From NCBI GenBank assembly GCA_963799845.1, contig CAWCYI010000007.1, positions 96,001 to 160,000 of the forward strand: a DNA stretch of 64,000 nt, given 5' to 3'. The notes beneath the pieces are model-generated. The model ran no database searches, was not told the DNA's origin, and saw nothing but the letters and a program-made list of their open reading frames with translations. Both the position numbers and the translations under genes were made by a program. This document shows positions 9,488 to 19,589 of this stretch, one piece after another; position 1 is the first letter of the stretch, and the number at the start of each line of letters is the position of its first letter. The DNA comes from an uncultured Nitrososphaerota archaeon (GTDB taxonomy: Archaea > Thermoproteota > Nitrososphaeria > Nitrososphaerales > CADDZS01).

Positions 9488-10968
9488 ATTCGAGCAACAC
9501 CAACGAGAAAAAGTCTCCTGATCGGGAAGAACTTGGCATCACTGCAAAAAAGTCAGGCGATTTTTCCGAATGGTATACTCAGGTTGTTCTGAAGGCTGAG
9601 CTCGCCGATTACGCCGGTGGCAAGGGTTTCATCGTGCTGCGCCCGAACGGATATGAGATCTGGGAACAAATCAAACAGAACTTCGACTCGAAAATCAAGA
9701 AAACTGGGCACCGGAATGCCTACTTCCCGACTCTTATCCCCGAGTCTTTGTTGAAGCGCGAAAGTGAGCACTTTGAGGGGTTTGTCCCTGAAGTATTCTG
9801 GGTGACTCATTCCGGAAATCAGGAACTTACAGACAGATACGCTGTCAGGCCCACCTCGGAAACAATAATTCACGATTCGATGTCCCGCTGGATCAGAAGC
9901 TGGCGAGACCTACCAATGCTGTTAAACGTCTGGAACTCCGTGCTCCGTGCCGAGATCAAGTCAACGAAGCCCTTCATCAGGAGCGCAGAATTTCTGTGGC
10001 AGGAGGGGCACACCGCTCATGCGAGCGAGCAGGAAGCGGAAAAGGAAGTAATGGAGATCCTCCTCGCGTATCGGGATCTTATGCAGGAGATGCTAGCGAT
10101 CCCAGTTCTAATTGGAAAAAAGAGCGAGAGAGAAAAATTCGTTGGAGCCATCTACACAACGACGCTCGAGGCAATGATGCCTGACGGAAAGGCGGTTCAA
10201 ATGGGAACTTCACACCATTTGGGACAGAATTTTTCGAAACCCTTCGAAATCCGGTTTCTGGACAAAGACAGCAAGCTAAATTTTGTATGGCAAACGTCAT
10301 GGGGAATATCATGGAGGTTGATCGGGGCACTCATCATGGAGCATGGAGACGACAAGGGTCTCGTTCTTCCGCCTTGGCTTGCCCCGGTTCAGATTGTCAT
10401 CGTCCCGATTGTTTTCTCCTCAGGTAAGGCAGATGAAGTTCTGTCAAAGTGTAAATCTGTCGAGCAGGCGTTAATCGATGGAGGCCTGAGGGCGGCTCTT
10501 GACTCTCGACAGAATTACACTCCGGGTTGGAAGTTCAACGAATGGGAGATGAGGGGAATCCCGATCAGGATCGAGATAGGTCCGAGAGACGTCGCGAAAG
10601 ATTCTGCCGTCATTGTTCGAAGGGATACCGGTGAAAAGACTTCGGTCTCGATTTCCAGCGTAGTTGTATCATCCAGAAAGAGTCTGGAAGATATTCAAGC
10701 TAATCTTTGGTCGATAGCTTCCAAGCGCTTGAAAGATCAAACTTTCGAGACGCCCTCTTACGATGAACTGAAGAAAATCATTGAAGAGAGAGGCGGATTC
10801 GTGAAAACTACTTGGTGCGGATCAGGAGAGTGCGAGCTCAAGGTGAAAGAGGAAACTGGGGCGGACATCCGAATGATTCCTTTCAATGAAAAACCTGGCG
10901 AACAATCGAAGTGCATTGTTTGTGGCGCAAAGGCGCGTGAAATCGTCTATTTCGCGCGCGCGTACTAA
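9484..10968 (+). CDS. proS: Proline--tRNA ligase
   Basis: RPTSET, FLWQEGHTAH, C-terminal FARAY. Confidence 0.98.
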   Translation: MNSSNTNEKKSPDREELGITAKKSGDFSEWYTQVVLKAELADYAGGKGFIVLRPNGYEIWEQIKQNFDSKIKKTGHRNAYFPTLIPESLLKRESEHFEGFVPEVFWVTHSGNQELTDRYAVRPTSETIIHDSMSRWIRSWRDLPMLLNVWNSVLRAEIKSTKPFIRSAEFLWQEGHTAHASEQEAEKEVMEILLAYRDLMQEMLAIPVLIGKKSEREKFVGAIYTTTLEAMMPDGKAVQMGTSHHLGQNFSKPFEIRFLDKDSKLNFVWQTSWGISWRLIGALIMEHGDDKGLVLPPWLAPVQIVIVPIVFSSGKADEVLSKCKSVEQALIDGGLRAALDSRQNYTPGWKFNEWEMRGIPIRIEIGPRDVAKDSAVIVRRDTGEKTSVSISSVVVSSRKSLEDIQANLWSIASKRLKDQTFETPSYDELKKIIEERGGFVKTTWCGSGECELKVKEETGADIRMIPFNEKPGEQSKCIVCGAKAREIVYFARAY

Positions 10969-10971
10969 GCG

Positions 10972-12126
10972 TCAAGAACCTAGGGTGTTTTTCAGAGTCG
11001 AGACGACGCGATGCACTTCTTCTTCGGACAGGAATGGCTGGATCGGCAGCTGGAAAACAGTCTTGCAGATCATCTCCGAGATCGGATAGTCTCCCTCTTT
11101 GAAGCCGAAGGTCTGTCGATAGTAAGGCTGGAGATGAATGGGCGTGGGCCATGAGACGTCTGCTTCTATCCCTTCGTCCCTTAGTCTTTGAACCAGTTTA
11201 TCCCTGGACAAGCCGGCTTGCTCTTCATTCAAAATGACCGCAAACATATACCACGCGTGATTTGCGGCATCATCGACTCTTTGAAAGCTAAGACATTCCA
11301 CTTCTTCCAGGCCGTCGGACAATGTCGCTGCATTCTGCCGCCTTTTCTCGTTAAGACTATCCAGATACTTTAACTGCTCCAATCCAATTGCTGCGCAAAT
11401 CTCCAGCATCCGGAAATTATACCCCATAGTTTTTTGGTTGTACCTGCTCGCCTGTCCCTGATTTCTCCCCATTCTGATTTCCTCCGCCATCGAATCATTA
11501 TTGGTGGTAACAAATCCTCCTTCTCCAGTATGCAGATTTTTCGTAGCATAAGTGCTGAAGCAGGACGCATCCGAAACGTTTCCGATTTTCTTTCCTTCGA
11601 AACTTGCGCCAATCGCCTCAGCTGCATCTTCAATTACGGTAAGACCGTTCTTTTTTGCAATCTCTCCTAACTTTTTCAGGTCAGCAGGTAGACCGTAAAC
11701 ATCGACGGGCTCTATCGCAACCGTCTCGGCACTGATTTTTTCTTCCACGTTGGAAGGATCGATATTGAACGTTTCAGGATCGACGTCTGCAAAGACGGGA
11801 GTCAAACCGTTTGCGATAGCAGCGTTCGCAGTCGCTGCAAAGCTCAGCGGAGTAGTAATTACCTCCACCTTCTTGGCTCGTTTCGCGTTCGCGGCGGCGT
11901 GGAGACCCAGTTGCAGAGCAGCCGTACCCGAGTTTACCGCGATTACGTTCTTGCATCCGATATATTGTGAAAGCTGTGATTCGAAATTCTTTACGAACTC
12001 CCCTTGAACCAGCATTCCAGATCGTAATATGGAGAGGACCGACCGCTCAATCGCTTCATCGTTGAACGGTTTTGCGATTTTGACTTTGGGCCGCTTTTCT
12101 GCCTGCGACACGTTCATGAAATACAA
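10972..12126 (-). CDS. DegT/DnrJ/EryC1/StrS aminotransferase
   Basis: NSGTAAL, IEDAAEAIG, STYATKNL, GEGG, GYNFRM. Confidence 0.95.
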   Translation of the reverse strand: MYFMNVSQAEKRPKVKIAKPFNDEAIERSVLSILRSGMLVQGEFVKNFESQLSQYIGCKNVIAVNSGTAALQLGLHAAANAKRAKKVEVITTPLSFAATANAAIANGLTPVFADVDPETFNIDPSNVEEKISAETVAIEPVDVYGLPADLKKLGEIAKKNGLTVIEDAAEAIGASFEGKKIGNVSDASCFSTYATKNLHTGEGGFVTTNNDSMAEEIRMGRNQGQASRYNQKTMGYNFRMLEICAAIGLEQLKYLDSLNEKRRQNAATLSDGLEEVECLSFQRVDDAANHAWYMFAVILNEEQAGLSRDKLVQRLRDEGIEADVSWPTPIHLQPYYRQTFGFKEGDYPISEMICKTVFQLPIQPFLSEEEVHRVVSTLKNTLGS

Positions 12127-12251
12127 ACTGCATTTTGAATTTATAATATGAACTCAGTCCTCTGACAGCTTCATCTCAATTAGTTCGGTCAGGATTAAAT
12201 GTCATAGCAAAAGAGCATTCTTAAATACCACTGACAGTAGTAGGTATCCCC

Positions 12252-13964
12252 ATGCAAAGAGTGGAAGAGCTCCTTCCTATAGTCCAGATCAAAACTAGAT
12301 CTAACACCGTACCGGTTTATGCGTTGCCTCACGAGACGGCAAGTATCTGTCCAGACTGCAACAGGACGATCCCAGCCCTCGTATTTGAGAGGGACGAGAA
12401 GATATGGCTGACAAAGACGTGCCCAGATCATGGTATCTGCGAAGAGCTGTACTTTGGTTCAGCTAGATTGTTCAAGAAATTTGCAAAATACTTCCACGAT
12501 GGAAAGGGCATCGATAACCCGAATGTTCCGCTTTCGAAATGTAACTGTCCCAAGAACTGTGGACTTTGCTCATCACATTTGAGTCACAGCGGACTAACGA
12601 ACTTGGTCATCACGAACAGGTGTGATCTGACATGTTGGTATTGCTTCTTCTACGCGAAGAAAGGTGTTGAGGGGGCTTACGTTTACGAGCCTTCTCTTGA
12701 TCAGATCAGGTCGATGGTAAAGGCGCTGCGTGCCGAAAGACCGGTCCCCGGAAATGCGATTCAGATTACGGGTGGAGAACCGACCCTTAGATCAGATCTC
12801 CCTGAAATTGTCAGGATATGCAGAGACGAAGGTGTAGACCATATCCAGCTGAATAGCAATGCTATCAACATGGCAATTGACCCTGCGCTCGTCAAAAGGT
12901 TGCGAGAATCGGGCGTCAACACGGTTTACATGAGCTTCGATGGAGTGACTCCCAGGACCAACGGGAAAAACCACTGGGAAGCGCCGTATGCGATTGAAAA
13001 TTGCAGAAAGGCCGGCTTAGGCATCGTTCTGGTTCCCACCGTCATCAAATCGGTCAACGACCACGAGTTAGGGCAGATCATTCGATTCGGACAGGCAAAC
13101 ATCGACGTCATCCGGTCGGTAAACTTCCAGCCGGTCTCGTTGACAGGGCGTCTGACTAAATCAGAGCGCGAAAAATACAGAATTACAATCCCCGACGCTA
13201 TCGAGAGAATCGAACAGCAGACAAAGGGAGAGATCGTGGAAGATGACTGGTTCACCGTTCCGACATGCGTTCCAATGACGCACTTCATAGAGGCATTCAC
13301 GAAGAAACCGCAGTACGAGCTCTCAATTCACTTTGCGTGCGGTGCCGGAACCTATGTCTTCAAAGACCATGACAACCTGATCCCCCTGACCAGATTCGTT
13401 GACATGGAAGGCTTGCTGAACTACCTCCAGGACAAGGCAGATGAACTCAACGGCGGAGCAAGCAAGCTCGTCGTGGTACCAAAGATCCTAGCCAACATCA
13501 GCAAGTTCATTGACCGGGAAAAGACTCCTGACGGCATCAATCTCTCTAGACTGCTATTCAACGCGCTGGTAAAGCACGACTACGAGGCGCTGGGAGACTT
13601 CCACCAGAAGACAATGTTCTTGGGCATGATGCACTTCCAGGACAAGTACAACCACGACGAGGAAAGGTTGATGCGCTGCGACATTCACTACGTGACACCA
13701 GACCAGAGGATAATCCCGTTCTGTGCGTTCAACGTGATCCCAGAGTGGTACAGGGACAGAATCCAGCAAAAGTATGCCATCCCGATTGAAGAGTGGGAAC
13801 GGAGTTCTGGACACACACTCGAACAGGGGTTGTACCGTGGAACCCTACGAAAAGGCAAACAGCATCACGCAGGTTGCGGTTGCTCTGTTGTAATGCAGCA
13901 GACCCAGCAAGCCCGCAACATCGAAACGATTACTGGCGACGTGCTTCCGATAATTAGTTCCTAG
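12252..13964 (+). CDS. tes: Tetraether lipid synthase (GDGT macrocycle synthase, radical SAM)
   Basis: N-terminal CPDC..CPDHG, CPKNCGLC, radical SAM CDLTCWYC, C-terminal RCDIHY...IIPFCAFN. Confidence 0.9.
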   Translation: MQRVEELLPIVQIKTRSNTVPVYALPHETASICPDCNRTIPALVFERDEKIWLTKTCPDHGICEELYFGSARLFKKFAKYFHDGKGIDNPNVPLSKCNCPKNCGLCSSHLSHSGLTNLVITNRCDLTCWYCFFYAKKGVEGAYVYEPSLDQIRSMVKALRAERPVPGNAIQITGGEPTLRSDLPEIVRICRDEGVDHIQLNSNAINMAIDPALVKRLRESGVNTVYMSFDGVTPRTNGKNHWEAPYAIENCRKAGLGIVLVPTVIKSVNDHELGQIIRFGQANIDVIRSVNFQPVSLTGRLTKSEREKYRITIPDAIERIEQQTKGEIVEDDWFTVPTCVPMTHFIEAFTKKPQYELSIHFACGAGTYVFKDHDNLIPLTRFVDMEGLLNYLQDKADELNGGASKLVVVPKILANISKFIDREKTPDGINLSRLLFNALVKHDYEALGDFHQKTMFLGMMHFQDKYNHDEERLMRCDIHYVTPDQRIIPFCAFNVIPEWYRDRIQQKYAIPIEEWERSSGHTLEQGLYRGTLRKGKQHHAGCGCSVVMQQTQQARNIETITGDVLPIISS

Positions 13965-13977
13965 AGTTTGCGTTATT

Positions 13978-13999
13978 GGATTGGGCTAAATCCCAATCC
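13978..13999 (+). terminator. Stem-loop downstream of tes
   Basis: GGATTGGG-ctaaat-CCCAATCC perfect 8-bp stem followed by T-rich sequence. Confidence 0.4.
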
Positions 14000-14059
14000 T
14001 CTCCCCGAATTTACTATCTCTATTTTCTTACAGCTAGTTTTTAATTCCACGACGAAGCT

Positions 14060-16714
14060 GTGTTGTTAGAATTGTCGCAGTCCAGCATGGAACTTTTTTT
14101 CGAGAAGGAAAAAGTTCCCGAAGTCAAGATCGTCCCTACTGTTTCGACAATTCAGGCCTTCAAGCCCTCTCCAGATTCTATTCAAAAACTGCGCGAGAGA
14201 GTCAAGTTTCTTACTTCAGAGGTAACTAATCTGAAAAGAGGAATGCTCATCTCGGCAACTTACGACGGCGACAGACGACTTGCGATCCTGAAATTCTATG
14301 AGCCGAATGAAAATAGGATCTATCTGTGGTCTGACAAGAGCGGACACAAACCTTACTGTTTCTCAAAACAGCAAGAACAGGACCTCCGTTATCTTCTGAA
14401 GGAACGTCCGAATCTGGAGAGAATCGAGACTGTTTCAAAGTACGAGCCCCTATCAGACCAAGAAATCAGGGTCAGCAAGATAATCGCCAAAGATCCTCTC
14501 GCAATTGGCGGACAGGAAAACAGCCTGCGCAACGCGATCAACTGCTGGGAGGCGGACATAAAGTACTACGAGAACTATCTCTACGACAACGGCTACGTTG
14601 TAGGCGCCTATTATCGCATAGTGGATGGAAAAATTGAGCCAGTTCCGTTCGATACGCCGAAGGAAGTCGAGGAGTCTCTGAGAAAGACTCTTGCATCCTC
14701 GAAACCAGACCTTGCCGAAGCAATCAGCACCTGGGCATCCCTCCTGAATCAACCCCTGATCGACATCAAGCACGCCGCGATCGACATCGAAGTCTGGTCT
14801 CTTGAAAATAGAATTCCTGATCCAAAAATTGCAGAGCACCCGGTGGTAGCTGTTTCGCTCGTGTCGAGAGGCGCAAAACTCGTCTACCTTCTGAAGAGGG
14901 AAGACCTAGATCTAGGAGATCCTGGTCGACTACCTGCTGATGCCAAAATACTGATCTTCGAAAAGGAGCGGGACCTGCTGATTCAGGTATTTCAGGACAT
15001 ACTGGATTATCCTTTCTTAACGACCTTTAACGGTGATGATTTCGATTTCGATTACCTGTACCACCGTGCTCTACGTCCAGATATTGGAATACCGAAGGAG
15101 TGCGTCCCAATTGTCCTCGGGAATAATTATGCTGGATTGAAAAATGGGGTTCACATTGATCTTTACAAAACTTTCAAGAATCGTTCGCTCCAAATCTACG
15201 CGTTCGGAAACAAATACTCTGAACAGACACTGGACGGGGTTGCGGAAGGTCTGCTCGGAGAGTCCAAAGTCGATTTCGAAGGTTCGATAAACGATCTCCC
15301 GCTTTACGAACTGGCGAGGTACAATCTTCAAGACACTGATCTGACATACAAGCTTGCCTCGATTTGGAACGAGACTCTCATGAAGGTGCTGCAAGTAATC
15401 GCAAGAGTCGCCAAGATGCCCATCGACGATGTCTCGAGAATTGGCGTGTCCAACTGGATCAGGTCGATGCTTTACTTTGAGCACCGAAGGGAAAATGCGT
15501 TGATCCCGAGACCCGAGGAACTCAAGGAAAAGGGAGGAGCAAAGTCTGAGGCGATAATAAAGGGCAAGAAGTACAAGGGGGGGCTGGTAATCGAGCCAAA
15601 ATCTGGCATACACTTCAACGTCTCAGTGCTGGATTTTGCATCGCTGTATCCTTCGCTTATCAAGGTCAACAACATATCCTACGAGACCGTTAATTGTCCT
15701 CATGACGAGTGCAAGAGCCACGTGATACCAGAGATCGGCACTTGGACCTGCACGAAACGCCGCGGCATTGAATCGCTCGTTGTCGGGTCTTTAAGAGATC
15801 TGCGCGTTGATTACTACAAGCAGCTTACCAAAAGCAAGACACTGTCCAAGGAGGATAAGGACCTTTACAAAGTCGTCAGCCAAGGCCTCAAGGTTATTCT
15901 GAATGCCAGTTATGGTGTCCTAGGGTTTGATAGTTTTCCCCTGTACTGTCTGCCTGCTGCAGAAGCTGTGGCAACTTTAGGGCGTATAGCGATCACTCGG
16001 ACAATCGAAAAGTGCAAAGAACTGGGAATCGATGTTGTATACTCTGACACCGACAGCCTCTTCATCCAAGCGCCGTCGCAAGACCAAGTCAACGAAGTAT
16101 CCAACTGGACATTGAAGAATCTTGGAATTGAGCTGGACGTCGATAAGGTTTACAGATACGTCGCCATGAGCCAAAGAAAAAAGAATTATTTTGGGGTTCT
16201 TGACGATGGCACTGTAGATATCAAGGGTCTCACGGGAAAGAAATCGCAGACGCCGCAATTCATCAAGAACTCCTTCGGGTACACGCTCGAAGTCCTTAGC
16301 AGGATCAAGACCAAGGATGATTTTGAAAATGCCAGGGAGGAGATTAAGACTAGATTAAGCAGCGATTATAAGCGGTTGGAAAACCGGCAGATTCCGCTTG
16401 ACGATCTTGCATTTAACGTGATGATCAGCAAGGATATTGCGAGCTATCGCGATTCTATTCCTCAACATGTGAGGGCAGCTCAACTGCTCAAAAACTCCGG
16501 AAAGGATATCCGCGCGGGGGACATTATTTCCTTTGTAAAGACTATCAGTGGTGCAGGAGCGAAGCCAGCAAAGCTTGCTAAACAGAATGAGATAGACGTT
16601 GAGAAGTACCTGGAATACATGAAGAGTACTTTCGATCAAATCCTCGGTTCGCTTGGCTACGACTTTGACGAAATACTCGGCGAAACGAAACTCGATTCCT
16701 GGTCTATAAGTTGA
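14060..16714 (+). CDS. polB: Family B DNA polymerase (PolB1 type)
   Basis: DIEV exonuclease motif, FNGDDFD, KYKGG, DFASLYPS, KVILNASYG, YSDTDS; no intein. Confidence 0.96.
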   Translation: MLLELSQSSMELFFEKEKVPEVKIVPTVSTIQAFKPSPDSIQKLRERVKFLTSEVTNLKRGMLISATYDGDRRLAILKFYEPNENRIYLWSDKSGHKPYCFSKQQEQDLRYLLKERPNLERIETVSKYEPLSDQEIRVSKIIAKDPLAIGGQENSLRNAINCWEADIKYYENYLYDNGYVVGAYYRIVDGKIEPVPFDTPKEVEESLRKTLASSKPDLAEAISTWASLLNQPLIDIKHAAIDIEVWSLENRIPDPKIAEHPVVAVSLVSRGAKLVYLLKREDLDLGDPGRLPADAKILIFEKERDLLIQVFQDILDYPFLTTFNGDDFDFDYLYHRALRPDIGIPKECVPIVLGNNYAGLKNGVHIDLYKTFKNRSLQIYAFGNKYSEQTLDGVAEGLLGESKVDFEGSINDLPLYELARYNLQDTDLTYKLASIWNETLMKVLQVIARVAKMPIDDVSRIGVSNWIRSMLYFEHRRENALIPRPEELKEKGGAKSEAIIKGKKYKGGLVIEPKSGIHFNVSVLDFASLYPSLIKVNNISYETVNCPHDECKSHVIPEIGTWTCTKRRGIESLVVGSLRDLRVDYYKQLTKSKTLSKEDKDLYKVVSQGLKVILNASYGVLGFDSFPLYCLPAAEAVATLGRIAITRTIEKCKELGIDVVYSDTDSLFIQAPSQDQVNEVSNWTLKNLGIELDVDKVYRYVAMSQRKKNYFGVLDDGTVDIKGLTGKKSQTPQFIKNSFGYTLEVLSRIKTKDDFENAREEIKTRLSSDYKRLENRQIPLDDLAFNVMISKDIASYRDSIPQHVRAAQLLKNSGKDIRAGDIISFVKTISGAGAKPAKLAKQNEIDVEKYLEYMKSTFDQILGSLGYDFDEILGETKLDSWSIS

Positions 16715-16973
16715 GAAAAAAAGGGCTCCGGACTCAAGATCGCTCTCACAGCGTTCCGAATGAACGCTCAACGGGCTATTGTCTTCACTGCCCTCGCGAA
16801 AGTTTACCCATCCGCAACGTAATTATATTTACTTCATTCTGAATGGTATTCCTAGAACCTGGGCCTCTATCTTCGATCGAAATTTTGCTTATTGGGAGAA
16901 TAGGAAATTGGTCAGCATAGAAACGACTTGCACGCTCGAAAACTTTCGGCGGTTTTTGGTACAGAGCACCTGC

Positions 16974-17397
16974 ATGTCATTCATTCCAGACGGGTACTTT
17001 AGAGATCCAGAGGTCTTTCCGGAGAAGGAAGGCGAAACCGGTTCGATCTACATTGAGGCCGCTGACAAAGTCAGTTTGAAGAGAATAAGGGACATTACAT
17101 TCGTCAATGCCAGGGACATTCTGGGAATTATCTACGTCAGCAAGAGCGGGAACACGAAGCTGAAAGTGGCGTGAAAGCCGCGGTGAGCTGGGGAAATTGA
17201 CCGGCGAAGCTTCGACCAACAGCCTCGTGAATCTATTCTCGGCGCGTGTCCTGTCGAAAGAATACACTGATCAGCTTCTTGCGAAGGGGGAAGCCGGCGA
17301 AGAAGGTACCCCGGATCAGTTTGAGGGCCAGAGCATGCCGGAGAACGCCACCGGTGAAGAGCTCGAAGGAACATTAAACGTTGAGGGTGACGTGTGA
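16974..17397 (+). CDS. Conserved hypothetical protein; apparent frameshift at ~17162
   Basis: MSFIPDGYF...KSGNTKLK joins WRESRGELGKLTGEASTNSLVNL if one base is removed from AGCTGAAAG. Confidence 0.65.
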
Positions 17398-17400
17398 TAA

Positions 17401-17760
17401 ATGGACGCAGCAGCTAGTAATTCAGTGAAGGTCAAGGTTTTCGAGATAACGAGCATGACCGATCCCGACACGGGAAAGCCGGGCAAGAACATAAAGCTCG
17501 TTCAGGTAAAGCAGCAGAGGCCCCAGCAACAGTTCTTTGGCCCTTTTGGTGGGACGGAAGACGCCAACATGTTGAAAGGAATCATGGGACAGTTTCAGTC
17601 AATGGGAATTTTTCCCATGAGAGACTCTCCGAAGATCAACCTGTTTCTGAGCGAGAGCGAATACGACCTTCTGGGCGTGAGGTTTGAAGTAAACGAAGTC
17701 TATGACATGGTTCTGAAGGACGGAAGCATAAAGTTTCACAAGAGCACTGAAGGAATCTAG
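17401..17760 (+). CDS. Arcadin-1 family protein
   Basis: DPDTG.. and PKINLFLSESEYDLLG..FEVNEVYDM.LKDGSI resemble Pyrobaculum arcadin-1 (recalled). Confidence 0.65.
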   Translation: MDAAASNSVKVKVFEITSMTDPDTGKPGKNIKLVQVKQQRPQQQFFGPFGGTEDANMLKGIMGQFQSMGIFPMRDSPKINLFLSESEYDLLGVRFEVNEVYDMVLKDGSIKFHKSTEGI

Positions 17761-17854
17761 TCGCGAATCTTTCTAACTCAGATAACTGATTCTTCGTGTT
17801 TCTGTGAATCGAAGAACTCATAATAACGCTCTAAAAGCCTACTGAAACGTCTGT

Positions 17855-17946
17855 GCGAGGTTGGTCTAGACTGGCCTAGGACAGGGGCTTCCCAAGAGTC
17901 ATATCGGCAAGAGCCTCTAACACGGGTTCGAATCCCGTACCTCGCA
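17855..17946 (+). tRNA. tRNA-Gly(CCC) with 17-nt canonical 37/38 intron (17895-17911)
   Basis: GCGAGGT/ACCTCGC acceptor, GGGGC-TTCCCA|A-GCCTC anticodon arm, GGTTCGAATCC T-arm. Confidence 0.92.
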
Positions 17947-18011
17947 CTGATAATCGACGAGCGAGTATGTAGTTTCAGCGGTACAAAAACAAAAGAAATA
18001 AGACTAGAAAG

Positions 18012-18197
18012 TTACTCTACGTCTCTTCGGCTGGCACGCGCTGCTTGCTTTTTTTGACGATTTAGCTCCGCGATTTTTTCCTTGTATTCCTTCTTTTTCT
18101 TCTTGTCGCCCTGAATTCGAGCTTGATCGTAAAGGCGCCTCAGCCTTTGTTCCTCCGCTTCATACCCAGACAATTGTTGATTCACGAATTTTTGCAA
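18012..18197 (-). CDS. Small basic helical hypothetical protein
   Basis: Coiled-coil-like and K-rich; directly downstream of tfb. Confidence 0.5.
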   Translation of the reverse strand: MQKFVNQQLSGYEAEEQRLRRLYDQARIQGDKKKKKEYKEKIAELNRQKKQAARASRRDVE

Positions 18198-18217
18198 TGA
18201 TACTCGGCGTGAGCGGA

Positions 18218-19159
18218 CTAGATGTTCAGCATCGCCTTTAGGCCTTTGTACCTGTTCCTGATAGTGACCTCGGTTACGCTGGCTGCTTCGGCAACATCCT
18301 TCTGGGTCTTGTTGTCATTCTCCATTACACAAGCTACGTAGAGAGCTGCCGCAGCAAATCCCATAGGATCTTTCCCGGCCGATGACCGAGTCTCTTCCGC
18401 GCGTCTCAGAATGTCCAAAGCTCGCCTCTTCGTCCGTTCCTGAACTCCAGCCCTGCTGGCGATTCTCGAAACACATTTCACCGGATCCACGACCGGCATC
18501 CTAAGGTCAAGCTCCTTGTACAATATTCTATAACAACGCGCCAGGTCTTTCTTTTTGATGTTGCTGATGGCGGAAATATCTTTCAGTGTTCTTGGGGTCT
18601 CGGTGTCGCGGCAAGCGGCGTAAAGAGCGGCGGAGATCATCGCAGAGATAGATCTACCACGAACGAGACCTCGCTCGAGCGCCTTTCTGTAAATGTAAGC
18701 TGCTTTTTCTACGACCGCATCGTTGACATTTAATTTGTCAACCAGACGATCTAGCTCACTGAACGCTTGCCGCCTGTTCCTGTCGATTGATTCGTGGACT
18801 TGGCTTCTTCCGTCCCAGGTACGCAGCCTTTCGACCGTAGCCTTCATGGACGCTGGTAAGGACTTGCCAGAGGCGTCTCTATCCTCCAGTCCAATAACAG
18901 TTGAAAGACCCATGTCGTGTAGAGCAAGACTGGACGGAGATCCAGTGTGGGCTCGCTCATTTCGTTCCTCAACAGAAAATGCTCTCCATTCTGGAACTGC
19001 CTCGGCTATCTTTTCCTTTACGACGTAGCCACAGTTGCTGCAGAACAATTCCCCCCCTGCCGTATCGACTACCATCGGGCCTTTCCCGCACCGGGGACAT
19101 CGTTCCGAGGGCCTCTCGAATCTCTTCAGGTCGCCTTCTTTTCTATTCTTAATACTCAT
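18218..19159 (-). CDS. tfb: Transcription initiation factor IIB
   Basis: CPRC..CSNCG Zn ribbon, PEWRAF, RGRS, TEVTIRNRY. Confidence 0.97.
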   Translation of the reverse strand: MSIKNRKEGDLKRFERPSERCPRCGKGPMVVDTAGGELFCSNCGYVVKEKIAEAVPEWRAFSVEERNERAHTGSPSSLALHDMGLSTVIGLEDRDASGKSLPASMKATVERLRTWDGRSQVHESIDRNRRQAFSELDRLVDKLNVNDAVVEKAAYIYRKALERGLVRGRSISAMISAALYAACRDTETPRTLKDISAISNIKKKDLARCYRILYKELDLRMPVVDPVKCVSRIASRAGVQERTKRRALDILRRAEETRSSAGKDPMGFAAAALYVACVMENDNKTQKDVAEAASVTEVTIRNRYKGLKAMLNI

Positions 19160-19589
19160 TCAAAAACCACCAAAAGCTAGAATTCCGACTATTGAAGCCT
19201 AGCAAAACCAAATCTAAGCAAACGTCCTCGAGCGCGGCCAAGCAATCTAGTTCGACTTGAACACTCATTGTTATTATAGTTAATTGTAGAAAACGACAAG
19301 CGACGACCGCTGAAGGAAGGACGAGAAGGAAGATACCAATGATATCGCCCGTTCAGGCCATACCTGACAGCCTTCGGCCATGGAAAGGCAGCTATGGGCT
19401 AGTGGAAACTCAATTTAGACTTACGATTGAGATAATGAGATTCTGATTTGATGTTACTTCCGAGGTATCGACGGACGAACTAATTGAAGATCCAGATTTC
19501 AAAATCCTCTCGAAAAATGGAGCTCTGATAGAAATCACGAGTCCATTTTTCCTATATACGGAGACTCTCCCATTACTCTATTACGACTC

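Noticed and set aside
14060-16714. Intein or inactivated PolB
   Set aside because: Length is normal and the catalytic motifs are intact.
16779-16973. N-terminal part of ORF 16779-17174
   Set aside because: Protein-like conserved sequence starts at ATG 16974; the upstream part looks intergenic.
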